A stretch of DNA of 64,000 bases from Candidatus Zixiibacteriota bacterium (GTDB lineage: Bacteria; Zixibacteria; MSB-5A5; UBA10806; 4484-95): contig JBBIRK010000006.1 in the NCBI GenBank assembly GCA_037441845.1, positions 64,001 through 128,000 of the forward strand, given 5' to 3'. Shown one piece after another: positions 46,773 through 56,454 of this stretch. The notes below the pieces were generated by a model. That model was given only the letters and a program-made list of their open reading frames with translations, ran no database searches and was not told the DNA's origin. Position numbers and translations under genes: made by a program. Within the stretch, counting starts at the first letter, position 1. Each line of letters begins with the position of its first letter.

Positions 46773-46797
46773 AATATAATTCGAATATAATTCGAAT
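46773..46797. repeat. 11-bp tandem direct repeat upstream of the NYN gene
   Basis: AATATAATTCG-AATATAATTCG-AAT; contains TATAAT twice. Confidence 0.6.
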
Positions 46798-46820
46798 CAT
46801 TATTTAAGGAGTAGGATATT

Positions 46821-47399
46821 ATGGATGAATATCTAAGGCGGAACGCCAATGAGCGGGTGATGATTTTTATCGACGGGAATAATCTTTATCACAGCCTTAA
46901 ACATGTGATCGGTCGCACCAATCTCGATTTCGAAAAGTTTTCCAGGAAACTTGCCAACAACCGTCATCTGATCAGAACCTATTATTACAACGCTCCTTTG
47001 AATCGGGACGACGACGAGGAGAAGCATCGACTGCAGCAGTCCTTTTTCGATTCACTCGATTCCGTGCCATACTTTACTAAAAAGTTCGGCCGACTTGAAA
47101 AGCGACTGGTCCGACAGACGCTTCCTGACGGCACCTATATTTCCGTACCTACCTATGTCGAAAAAGGTGTCGATACTCATATAGTAATCGATATGTTGAC
47201 TTTCGCGTTCAAAGACACTTACGATACCGCCATCCTCGTTTCCGGCGACGAGGATTTCGTGGTGCTGGTCGAAAGGATAAAGGACTTAGGCAAGCATGTC
47301 GAGGTCGCCAATCTCGGCGGTTCGTTCGCATTACGCCAGGCGGCCGACAAGTACGTTCTGATCAATCAGGAATTTCTCGATGGGATCCAGCAAGTTTAA
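46821..47399 (+). CDS. NYN-domain (LabA/DUF88) PIN-like nuclease
   Basis: IFIDGNNL, EKGVD, ILVSGDEDF, GKHVEV. AAGGAG SD. Confidence 0.92.
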   Translation: MDEYLRRNANERVMIFIDGNNLYHSLKHVIGRTNLDFEKFSRKLANNRHLIRTYYYNAPLNRDDDEEKHRLQQSFFDSLDSVPYFTKKFGRLEKRLVRQTLPDGTYISVPTYVEKGVDTHIVIDMLTFAFKDTYDTAILVSGDEDFVVLVERIKDLGKHVEVANLGGSFALRQAADKYVLINQEFLDGIQQV

Positions 47400-47537
47400 T
47401 TCTTTGGAATCGTCAACGGCCGCGGTATGGCGTCTCAAAGAATCGCATCTGGGGGGATCGTGTCCATAAAACGGCTTTCAATTTGCTCGATTCCGGGTTA
47501 TATTAACGTAGCGGTAAACGACCGGTGATATTTTGCC

Positions 47538-48755
47538 ATGAATGACGACCACTTGCCGGCCACCGAAATTTCGGTGCAAGTAGATGCCTCCAAAGAGACT
47601 TCGTTAACCGAGAAAAAAATCGTACTGCTCTATGCCTCGTCGGGAAAAGGCCACAAATCAGCCTGTCGGGCGATCGAAGAGGCTTTGAGGAATGCCGGTT
47701 ATGACGGCGCCCTACTGATGGTCGATATACTCGATTATATGCCCTCGCTGGTGGCCGATCTTTTTTCGCGCGGATACGTCTTTGCGGCTTCGCGCCTTCC
47801 CTGGCTCTGGTTCATAATCTATGAAATCCAGAGCAATCTGTCGCGCTTTCGTCCTCCGCCGCTTTGGCAAAAATCGCTCTGGAAAATTCTATTGCGGCGA
47901 TTGAACCGATTCTTAAAATCGGAAAAACCGGATTACATTATTTCAGCCTACTTCACCGCAAGTTGGGCCGCCGGACGCTATAAAAAAGTTCACGATCCAG
48001 CATGCCGGGTGGCCACCGTGATCACCGATTACGGAATGCATCCGGTATGGCTTGCCCCATCACAGGACCGATATTTCGTGGCCACCGAGGAAATGAAATT
48101 CGAGCTGGCGGCTTTTTCTGGTTACACCTCGGTGCCGAACGAGATGATCGAAATAGTGGGCATTCCGATAGAGAAGAGGTTCGCCTCCCCGAAAATCAGA
48201 GCCGAACTGCGTAAGCAATATCGCCTCGACGATGACCGCTTTACCGTATTGGTTTTGGCCGGCGCCTATGGGCCGCATCACGTGGAAACGATCGTGAAAA
48301 AACTTGCCGAGTGCCGAACCAGGTTGCAATTGCTTATGGTGGCGGGCCGAAATTTCCCGGTCAGCGATCGCCTCAGGGAATTGCTTGCCGCCCGCGATAT
48401 ACCCTATCGCATTTACGGCATGATAGATTTTATGCACGATCTGACCGCCCTGGCCGATGTGGCCATCACCAAGAGCGGGGGATTGACAAGCAGCGAATGT
48501 TTCTCCTCCGGATGCCCGTTGTTCATATATAAGCCATACCCGGGTCAGGAGGAGCGTAATTGCGCCCTGTTTCTCGAAAAAGGAGCGGCTTCCCGCATTT
48601 ATCAGCTCGAAAGCCTGCCGATGAAAATTGACAAACTCGCGGCGAATCCCGATCTTTACCAGCGGATGTCCAAAGCGGCCATGCGGGTGGCCAAAGGCGA
48701 TGCCGCCCAGAGAATCGCCGCTGTCGTGCTTGATGATTTGAGGAAAAATCGATGA
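47538..48755 (+). CDS. diacylglycerol glycosyltransferase (UgtP/MGDG synthase-like, GT28)
   Basis: SSGKGH, TVITDYGMHPVW, GIPI, ITKSGGLT, PGQEERN. Confidence 0.88.
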   Translation: MNDDHLPATEISVQVDASKETSLTEKKIVLLYASSGKGHKSACRAIEEALRNAGYDGALLMVDILDYMPSLVADLFSRGYVFAASRLPWLWFIIYEIQSNLSRFRPPPLWQKSLWKILLRRLNRFLKSEKPDYIISAYFTASWAAGRYKKVHDPACRVATVITDYGMHPVWLAPSQDRYFVATEEMKFELAAFSGYTSVPNEMIEIVGIPIEKRFASPKIRAELRKQYRLDDDRFTVLVLAGAYGPHHVETIVKKLAECRTRLQLLMVAGRNFPVSDRLRELLAARDIPYRIYGMIDFMHDLTALADVAITKSGGLTSSECFSSGCPLFIYKPYPGQEERNCALFLEKGAASRIYQLESLPMKIDKLAANPDLYQRMSKAAMRVAKGDAAQRIAAVVLDDLRKNR

Positions 48756-49105
48756 CCGAAAAACGATCGCATCAGTCAGTATCCGCCGCCGAGTTGATCG
48801 ATGAATTGAGAAAAACCCTAAAAGACCGGCTTAGCTCTTATGAGGAGATATCCGATCTGGCCAGGCGCAAAATCGCCGGAGAAATAGATCATGTTTTGGC
48901 ATGTCTGGATATACTCGATAAGAAAACGAAAGATTCCGCGGATCTGCTCACCGAACGACGCATGTCGCGATTGAGCAAATTGATCATCAAGCCGGCCAAA
49001 TCGGGCAGATATAAAAATCGTTTCCGACGTTTAAGCGATATTGAGGAAAATTTGAGTAAGATTGAGCGCCAGATAATAGAAATCCTGGGGGAAAGCCGCC
49101 GCTGA
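48752..49105 (+). CDS. hypothetical coiled-coil protein
   Basis: ATG overlaps the upstream stop (ATGA); helical and charged. Confidence 0.65.
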   Translation: MTEKRSHQSVSAAELIDELRKTLKDRLSSYEEISDLARRKIAGEIDHVLACLDILDKKTKDSADLLTERRMSRLSKLIIKPAKSGRYKNRFRRLSDIEENLSKIERQIIEILGESRR

Positions 49106-49193
49106 ATCCAGGATTCCCGTAACCTCAAGGAAATGAAGGTGTTGACGGAAACGCTGACTTTTCATCGAGTTGCTGAAAAAAAGATGGTATGAC

Positions 49194-49222
49194 TTGACAG
49201 TCACGGCTGCGGCGATTATATT
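49194..49222 (+). promoter_or_regulatory. sigma70-like promoter of ferredoxin (TTGACA-N17-TATATT)
   Basis: TTGACA at 49194-49199 and TATATT at 49217-49222. Confidence 0.65.
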
Positions 49223-49316
49223 TGCCGCCGATGGTTAATCGGCCGAAACGGCTGTGAGCAAAACGAGTGCCCCGCCGAATTCAGCCGCAAAAATCGGAAA
49301 GTAAAGGGAGGAACAG

Positions 49317-49505
49317 ATGAGAGCTGAAATAGACCATGATCTTTGTTCGGGAGATGGGATCTGCGCCGAGCTCTGCCCCGAAGTTTTCGAAATGGATGGC
49401 GACAAGGCAAAGGTCATTGTCGATGAAGTGCCTCCTGATGCCGAAGACGCCTGCCGGGATGCCGCCGATAGCTGCCCCGAAGGCTGCATCAGCATAATCG
49501 AATAA
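49317..49505 (+). CDS. monocluster ferredoxin (CxxDxxC type)
   Basis: CSGDGICAELCPEVF...DSCPEGCI; acidic, 62 aa; GGGAGG SD. Confidence 0.93.
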   Translation: MRAEIDHDLCSGDGICAELCPEVFEMDGDKAKVIVDEVPPDAEDACRDAADSCPEGCISIIE

Positions 49506-49671
49506 AGTGACCCGGTTCAGGCGTGCGGAACAATCCCCGCCCTGAAAAACAGAACGCAGATTTTCAGGCAACGATCAAGATCGTCGTTGCCTTTTTTAAT
49601 CGTTGAAGCCCATTCCGGGAAAAAGTGAAAAAAACCGCACCGTATGGGCCTAATTCGAGTATAATGTCGGT

Positions 49672-50577
49672 ATGCCGGAAAATTATCGCAAGTTCCTGGA
49701 TCCATTAATCGTCAGCAAACTGGCCACGCTCGAACTAAAAGCAAGATTGGTCGTCGAGGGCTTCATAGTGGGGCTTCATCGCAGCCCTTATCATGGGTTC
49801 TCGGTCGAGTTCTCTGAACATCGGCAATATATGCCCGGCGATGAGATCAAGCATATCGATTGGAAAGTTTACGGCAAGTCCGACCGGTTCTTCATAAAAC
49901 AATTCGAGGAGGAAACGAATCTGCGCGGCTATATTTTACTCGACTGTTCCGCCTCGATGGCTTATCGGTCCGGCGGTGTCGGAGGAATCAGCAAATTCGA
50001 ATACGCATCCTACCTTGCGGCCGCCCTTGCCTACCTCATGTTACGCCAGCAGGACGCCTGCGGGCTGGTCGTTTACGACGAACGAATCCAGAATCTCATT
50101 CCGCCCCGAGGCACTCGCTCGCATCTTTATAATATCTTGAAGGCGATTGAAAATTCCAAACCATCCAACCGGACCGATGCCGCCGTGACTTTTCATGAAA
50201 TGGCCGATAAGATTAATCGCCGCGGATTGATAATAATCATCTCGGATTTATTCGATGATCCCGAAAAAATGTTGGGAGGATTGCGTCATTTCCGCCATAG
50301 AAAACACGACGTCATAGTGTTCCAGATCCTCGACCCGTTCGAAAGGCGTTTTTCGTTCGGAGCAGAGGCCAGATTTCGCGATCTGGAAACCGGCGAAATG
50401 CTGCTGACCAATCCCCATCAAATCCGTGATGAGTACGTAAGAAGGCTTGAATCGTTCATCGAAAGTTTTTCGCGCCGCTGCCGGGATTCGATGATTGATT
50501 ATCATCTCATGGATACATCCGAACCGTTCGACAAGGCGCTGTTCGGTTATCTTGCCAAGCGAAGCAGGCTCGGATAG
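49672..50577 (+). CDS. DUF58-domain protein
   Basis: GLHRSPYHGFSVEFSEHRQY.PGD..IDWK; LLDCSASM; IISD. Confidence 0.92.
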   Translation: MPENYRKFLDPLIVSKLATLELKARLVVEGFIVGLHRSPYHGFSVEFSEHRQYMPGDEIKHIDWKVYGKSDRFFIKQFEEETNLRGYILLDCSASMAYRSGGVGGISKFEYASYLAAALAYLMLRQQDACGLVVYDERIQNLIPPRGTRSHLYNILKAIENSKPSNRTDAAVTFHEMADKINRRGLIIIISDLFDDPEKMLGGLRHFRHRKHDVIVFQILDPFERRFSFGAEARFRDLETGEMLLTNPHQIRDEYVRRLESFIESFSRRCRDSMIDYHLMDTSEPFDKALFGYLAKRSRLG

Positions 50578-50591
50578 ACCGCCGATTTATT

Positions 50592-52046
50592 TTAGCCGAA
50601 ATCGATGAAAGCGGCCGGGTCTATTTTGTATTTATCTCCGTCGATTACGCTCTTGATATACAGCCCCGAAGCCTCCTCTTTGGAAAGGTCGATGACTTTT
50701 ATTTCCGTTTTCGGTCCCTCGCGATCGGCGATGACCTTGACCTCGGGCTTTTCCAGCATATCGGCGTTCGTTCTCGATACGATGGCGATTTCGTCGTTGT
50801 TGAGCCGGACCACGCTTCCCACGGGATAGATCCCGATCGTGTTTATGAACACCTTTACCAGCAGGGGATTGAAATCCGTTCCGGCCCGATTGACCAAATT
50901 GGTGATGACCTCGTCGCCGGCCATTCGCCTCGCATGGTAAATCCGGCCCGACATCATGGCGTTGAACGTGTCGGTGATCGCCACGATCTGGGCGAACAGG
51001 CAGGGGATTCTTTTTTGCAAGAGCTCGGGATAGCCGCCGCCGCCATAGGCGATATGGTGTTCGTAGGCGGTGGCCATGGCTTTTATCGACGATGGGTCGG
51101 TGCCGCGCGTTTTTAGTATGGCCTTGACCCCGAAAATGGGGTGCATCCTCATCTGTTGCCAATCCATGTCGTCGTATGCGGTCGGCTTGTTCAGCAATTC
51201 GATCGGGAGATTGATTTTGCCGATGTCGTGCAAAAGCGCGGCCACCCCGAGATCGGACAATTGCTTTTTGTCCAGTCCCAGGTGAACTCCGAGAACCAAG
51301 GATAGAACGCAAACATTTACCGAATGCACATAGGTGTACTCGTCGAAATCGCGCAATACCGTGAGTTCCACCATGATCGATTCGTTTTCGATTATCTGAT
51401 CGACCATGGATTGCACCGTCCTTTTCACCTTTGCGATATTTATCCGATTGCCGGATTTGGCGCTGTTCACGATATCCTGAACCGCTCCGATCGCGCTGAA
51501 AAAGGTTTTGCGCGCCTTCAACTTCAGGTTTTCGATCTTGTCTTTCGAAACCATTCGTTGGCTGTGCTTTTCGGCAACTTTTATGGGAGTAATATTCTCT
51601 ATTTGCAATTTTTCCAGACGCTCTTTGAACGCCTCGAGCGCCTCCTCGTTGTTCTCCGGCGGTTTGAAATGGACGAATCCGAAAATGAATCTGTCGATTT
51701 CCCTTGAATCGGCCTTGGAATATATGTTGAATCCCGAGATGGACAACGAATCGAACTTTTCCTTGAAATAATCCGCTGCCTCGTTGTCCGTCGAATCGAG
51801 CCTGATCCGCATATCGTTAAGGAAAAAATACCCTTCCTTGAAAGCGAACACCAGATTTGACTCCTCGGTGAATATCTCGGCCACGAGCTGCCGGAATTCG
51901 GTCGCCTGCTCGATATATCTGTTGTTGTTGACCTCATAAAGCGAGGCGGTTTTCAACAGCGAATAGAAGCTCCGGAAAAATTCGTAACCTATTTTGGATT
52001 GTTTTTCCTGGATATCCGGGCTCAGATTTGTCGATTTTTCGCTCAT
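50592..52046 (-). CDS. HD-GYP domain cyclic-dinucleotide phosphodiesterase
   Basis: DEYTYVHSVNV, LLHDIGK, HP..G, EHH...GGYP, D.FNAM...R.Y. Confidence 0.9.
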   Translation of the reverse strand: MSEKSTNLSPDIQEKQSKIGYEFFRSFYSLLKTASLYEVNNNRYIEQATEFRQLVAEIFTEESNLVFAFKEGYFFLNDMRIRLDSTDNEAADYFKEKFDSLSISGFNIYSKADSREIDRFIFGFVHFKPPENNEEALEAFKERLEKLQIENITPIKVAEKHSQRMVSKDKIENLKLKARKTFFSAIGAVQDIVNSAKSGNRINIAKVKRTVQSMVDQIIENESIMVELTVLRDFDEYTYVHSVNVCVLSLVLGVHLGLDKKQLSDLGVAALLHDIGKINLPIELLNKPTAYDDMDWQQMRMHPIFGVKAILKTRGTDPSSIKAMATAYEHHIAYGGGGYPELLQKRIPCLFAQIVAITDTFNAMMSGRIYHARRMAGDEVITNLVNRAGTDFNPLLVKVFINTIGIYPVGSVVRLNNDEIAIVSRTNADMLEKPEVKVIADREGPKTEIKVIDLSKEEASGLYIKSVIDGDKYKIDPAAFIDFG

Positions 52047-53821
52047 TTCTGCTCCCCCTTATCCATCGACAAAGCCTTGGTGGCGATGCTGGCCATCCTG
52101 CTGTCTTTGCTCGAGGCGAGTTTCCTGAGCATAAGCACAGCTTCCTGGTTGTTGATATGCCCCAAAGCAAGCGCCGCATAATGCCGCATTCTCTCGTCGG
52201 AGGACGAAGCGAACATCTTTTTGCCGAGAAGCGTTTTCAGATACGGCAAGGCACGCGTCTGCCCGAGCTCGGCGTAGGCCTCCAGGAACTCCCGAATCAA
52301 TTCCGGCGGTCTGTTCTTGAATGTCTTGTCCTTGATCACGTTCTCGATAGCCGCCAGAGCTCTCTTATAATTATGCTTCATCATATATTTCAAACTGAGC
52401 GCTTGAATCTTGAAATCGGGGTCGGACAACGCCAGAACCATGAAGTCACCGGCCTCCTCGGCCTTAACCCTGGCCGCCGCGTTAAGCGTTTCATAGCGAA
52501 CCCGATAATCGGGATGGCGAATCGTTCTTTTCAAGTAATTGATTATTTTCGGGTCGCCGATTTCTCCCATGATCCAGACGACATTACGCACGACATACCA
52601 CTTTACATCATCGAGACCTCTTGCCAGCAGTTCTATGTGATCGCGGGCAAGATCCACAAGCACGCGGCATATAATCTGGCGCGCCCGATATTCCTCAAGT
52701 TCCCCTAAAGCCGTGATCAGCGGATCTATTGCCGCCCACGGGAGTTTGCTCATGTAAAGCTGCAAGTTGCCCAGATCTATCTCTTTTTGTTCGTTCAAGG
52801 CTTTGGTCAAGAGCGCTATTTTTTCCTTGGAGGCGCATTCGAACAAGAAGGCTTCTATCTTTTCCGCGCGCGGATTTTTCATCGATTTCAAGACGCTCGA
52901 CATTTCCTGCAACCGTTCAAGCAACGCGCTGGCTCCCGATAGATTTCCAGCGGCGATGAATCCATCCAAAACTTTTCCGACGAACCCGAGCACCTCGGTG
53001 TAACCGGCCAATTCCTTTTCCATGCCCATTATCTCGAAAATCATCATAAGCAGATATTCGGTGTAATTGGTGCCCGCATCCGCCGCCAGCAGCTCCGCCA
53101 ATTCCTTTTTTTCCTCGGCCGAAAATTCCGATATTCGATTCAACATCTGATGAGATTTTTGCGTAAGACGGGAATAAGCCGGTCCGCGGAAAGGAGTCGT
53201 CTTCGGGTCCTTGCCGGAATCCTCGGATAGTTCGGATAAAGAAATGTCGCCTTCATTCAAAAAATATTCTTCGATATCTTTCGAACCGAACAATATGCTG
53301 GGCTTGAACTTATCGGTTGAATACTCGAAAGTTTCGATTTCCAGTCCGTCGTCTATCAAATCATATTCGATATTGTCGAAATTCTCCTCCCAAAGCAGGG
53401 TGGCCATATCGTTATCGACATATATCGTTCGCATCATTTTGGCCAGCAAATCGACGAACCGGCCGAGCTCATCGGGCGCGATCCCCGACAAAAATCTCAA
53501 CCCCGTAACCCCGTCTCTGAAAAATACATGGGCGAAATTTTCCGCGCGGTTGGAATTTTCGTATATCACGTTATCTTCATAGCTGATCGTCGAAGCCGTG
53601 ATTTTGAAGCCGATGCCGTTGGCTTCCTCGACCAGCTCCTTACCGCGTTTACCAAATTCCTCCCTGAACTGCGTCGGCAATTGCGAATTTGCCGGATATA
53701 CCAGTTTCGCCTTGACAGCTTTGATCATTAGATTGAGAAATTCTTGGGCTGCCTTTGGGTGTTGCCTTTTCAGGTCTTCGATTTCGTTTTCGAGGTATTT
53801 AAGATCTTGCGATGCGGTCAT
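52043..53821 (-). CDS. HEAT-repeat protein
   Basis: C-terminal HEAT/PBS repeats (WYVVRNVVWIMGEIG, HPDYRVRYE, LSDPDFKIQ, AALALG); overlaps the HD-GYP start. Confidence 0.85.
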   Translation of the reverse strand: MTASQDLKYLENEIEDLKRQHPKAAQEFLNLMIKAVKAKLVYPANSQLPTQFREEFGKRGKELVEEANGIGFKITASTISYEDNVIYENSNRAENFAHVFFRDGVTGLRFLSGIAPDELGRFVDLLAKMMRTIYVDNDMATLLWEENFDNIEYDLIDDGLEIETFEYSTDKFKPSILFGSKDIEEYFLNEGDISLSELSEDSGKDPKTTPFRGPAYSRLTQKSHQMLNRISEFSAEEKKELAELLAADAGTNYTEYLLMMIFEIMGMEKELAGYTEVLGFVGKVLDGFIAAGNLSGASALLERLQEMSSVLKSMKNPRAEKIEAFLFECASKEKIALLTKALNEQKEIDLGNLQLYMSKLPWAAIDPLITALGELEEYRARQIICRVLVDLARDHIELLARGLDDVKWYVVRNVVWIMGEIGDPKIINYLKRTIRHPDYRVRYETLNAAARVKAEEAGDFMVLALSDPDFKIQALSLKYMMKHNYKRALAAIENVIKDKTFKNRPPELIREFLEAYAELGQTRALPYLKTLLGKKMFASSSDERMRHYAALALGHINNQEAVLMLRKLASSKDSRMASIATKALSMDKGEQK

Positions 53822-54008
53822 GATATTATCCTGCCGTCTCTTCCGAAGGCGGTCGGCGATCAGGCCTATATTGCATTATCGGCACAAATAAGCGGTTCTT
53901 CATGCAACGCGGATAACGGCAAGCACGATGTCGGAGTTATAAGTCGTTTTATTGATGCGGCATTACAGCCGATCGATGCGGGTCAAAGATATGCGGCGAC
54001 GGACCTAA

Positions 54009-54944
54009 TTATATTGAATCGAGTTCGATCGCCTTATACACAAATCCCCCCGCGCGCTCGAGTCGTGACCTTGCCGCCGATAGATCGCAATTCAACTTGC
54101 CCATGATTATGGCCAATTTTACGTTTCCCCGCGCCCGCTCAAGCAGATTTTCGGCGGTCCGGTAATCGCAATTGACGGCGCGACTAATAACGCTTTTGGA
54201 TCTTTCGATCAATTTTTGCGATGTCGCCTGCAGGTCAACCATCATGTTGCGGTAAACCTTGCCCAATCGTATCATCGTCGTCGTGGAAATCATGGTGAGG
54301 ATCATCTTCTCCGCCAGTGCCGCCTTCATTCGAGTCGAGCCGGTCAACACCTCCGGTCCGACCACCGGATTAATTATCAAATCGTAAGGATATTCTTCAA
54401 TAAGCGGATTACAGGAAATCAATATGGTCTTGGCCTTTTTGGCATGCGCCCGGTCGAGACCGCCTATTACATACGGCGTTCTTTGTGATGCGGTAAGTCC
54501 GATAACCGTGTCTTTCTCGGAAACTCGGATCGTTTCGATATCCTTTCCGCCGTCGTCGTAATTGTCTTCGACCCCCTCGGCGGATCTGATCAGAGATGGC
54601 GGCCCCCCGGCAATGAGCCCGATAATTTTATCAGGCGAGGTTCCGAATGTAGGCGGGCATTCGGCGGCATCAAGCACTCCCAGGCGGCCTGAGGTCCCGG
54701 CGCCGATATAAATAAGCCTTCCTCCCCGTGAAAGCGAATTTTCGACCATCTTCACGGCGAGGGCGATTTTGGGGATTTCCCCGCGTACGATCAGAGCGAC
54801 TTTCGCATCTTCGATGTTTATCAGTTCGAGAATCTCGATTGTCGCAAGTCTGTCGAGATCAATGCTGTCGGGATTGGGCGATTCCGTAACTAATTTTTGA
54901 AGATAATCGAACAGCTCTTTTCCTGAACGGGGAGGCTGTCTCAT
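54009..54944 (-). CDS. murQ: N-acetylmuramic acid 6-phosphate etherase
   Basis: TESPNP, GAGTSGRLGVLDAAECPPTF, AEGVED, GPEVLTGSTRMKA, NMMVD. Confidence 0.95.
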   Translation of the reverse strand: MRQPPRSGKELFDYLQKLVTESPNPDSIDLDRLATIEILELINIEDAKVALIVRGEIPKIALAVKMVENSLSRGGRLIYIGAGTSGRLGVLDAAECPPTFGTSPDKIIGLIAGGPPSLIRSAEGVEDNYDDGGKDIETIRVSEKDTVIGLTASQRTPYVIGGLDRAHAKKAKTILISCNPLIEEYPYDLIINPVVGPEVLTGSTRMKAALAEKMILTMISTTTMIRLGKVYRNMMVDLQATSQKLIERSKSVISRAVNCDYRTAENLLERARGNVKLAIIMGKLNCDLSAARSRLERAGGFVYKAIELDSI

Positions 54945-54948
54945 CGCA

Positions 54949-55689
54949 TTAAAATGAAACGAATATGGAATCGCGAAGGCATATCCGCCCGTAGCCGACA
55001 CTTCCTCGGGGGCTGCTCAATTGACTTGCTGGGAGGGAATCCGGCAACGGAATCCACATATTTTCGGCCGGCAGGAAGCCGCGCGTAAACGCTCCGACAT
55101 ATACGTAGTAAATATCGAATCGGAAAGAACCCAACTGATCCTGAAATGCGGTTTCCGGTATGATATAGCTCGGATTAATGCCGGCATAAAACGATACCGG
55201 CCTTACCCCAGTTATACGATGATTTTTCCCTACGACGCTGACGAAATAACGAGTCGTTTCCCTTGCCGCAGGTCGTGACCATTGCACCAACACGGCCATC
55301 CCCGAGGGGTTATTTCGAGGCGTTATCGATGTAATCGAAAAACTGCCGGGCATTTCGATAGATATCGAGCTGCTGTATCTATCCCGCGATGAGGCGAAGA
55401 CGATCGTCAAATCGCCGTCTGGAATGGTGAATGACGGAGAATAAGCTTGGTATTTTCCTGATCCCGCCGCTTGAATCTGTTGACCCGCGAATAGTATGGT
55501 GGCGCTGTCATAGGGATTGCCGTTTCTGGTAAGAACCGCCTCGAACAAACTGCCTGACGTGTTGTCATCTTTGATCGCCGTCGCCTCGACCTCAAAGAAT
55601 GCGACGGGCGTATTCGAATTTAGTGTGCGCCGATTATCGCAGGCGATCAGAAGCAAGCAAATCAGAATGATGGCAGTAGATTTCATCAA
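54949..55689 (-). CDS. hypothetical lipoprotein
   Basis: Lipobox LLIAC after a hydrophobic leader; beta-rich. Confidence 0.75.
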   Translation of the reverse strand: MMKSTAIILICLLLIACDNRRTLNSNTPVAFFEVEATAIKDDNTSGSLFEAVLTRNGNPYDSATILFAGQQIQAAGSGKYQAYSPSFTIPDGDLTIVFASSRDRYSSSISIEMPGSFSITSITPRNNPSGMAVLVQWSRPAARETTRYFVSVVGKNHRITGVRPVSFYAGINPSYIIPETAFQDQLGSFRFDIYYVYVGAFTRGFLPAENMWIPLPDSLPASQLSSPRGSVGYGRICLRDSIFVSF

Positions 55690-55907
55690 TATAATTTACA
55701 TCTCTACCGCTTTTTTGTCAATGATATGTAAGAAATGAAAAACGGTTCGCTTTCTTTGAAATATCGGGCTTCGTCCGGCAAATAAGCCTTGTTCGATTCG
55801 ATGGTTCTCGATCTCACGGCCGCGGCCGCCGGTTCATTTTCAGAAACATCCCGAAGGCGGCCAAATATAAATGGAATTGCCGCCGGGAAAATGATATTAT
55901 AATTACG

Positions 55908-56417
55908 ATGAGTAACGGCGAAAAAAGCATAGCCAGAATATTTTCGGGCATAATACTGGTCATTCTCGGCCTGTTCCTGCTTATAGGGGAATTGGCGGAA
56001 TTATCTTGGGGCGAGCATTTCTGGCCGATTTTTTTGCTTTTGGGCGGAATGTTGTTTTATTCCGGCTATTTTTCCGTCAAGGCGCGTCGGTCCGGCAGCG
56101 AGGGGTTATTGTTTCCCGGAACTTACCTGATTATACTCGGAGGACTTTTCCTTTTGCTGAATTTTATCGGTTGGGAATATATGCGATATCTCTGGCCGAC
56201 ATTTGTATTCGGCGTCGCCGTTTCCCTCTGGGTTGTGCGTTCATCTATGCCGATCGAAAACGCCGCGAGAAGAAAATCGCTCAAGTCGAGCATCATCACT
56301 CTGTCGCTGATTTCAGCCATATTCTACTTGATGGCGCTGAAAGTTGCGGTTCTCTGGCCGGTGGCCATAATAGTGATCGGCATAATCATAATCGCCAAAG
56401 GTTTGACGAAATTCTGA
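55908..56417 (+). CDS. membrane protein (LiaI/LiaF-like TM repeats)
   Basis: Repeated GIILVILG / FWP / LWP helices. Confidence 0.7.
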   Translation: MSNGEKSIARIFSGIILVILGLFLLIGELAELSWGEHFWPIFLLLGGMLFYSGYFSVKARRSGSEGLLFPGTYLIILGGLFLLLNFIGWEYMRYLWPTFVFGVAVSLWVVRSSMPIENAARRKSLKSSIITLSLISAIFYLMALKVAVLWPVAIIVIGIIIIAKGLTKF

Positions 56418-56454
56418 AGAATCCCGGCCGAATCGATTTTGCGAGGTTTTCCCT

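Noticed and set aside
45845..47399. Smr + NYN nucleases as a defence island
   Set aside because: Both are common stand-alone genes, they are divergently oriented, and no other defence or mobility genes are nearby.
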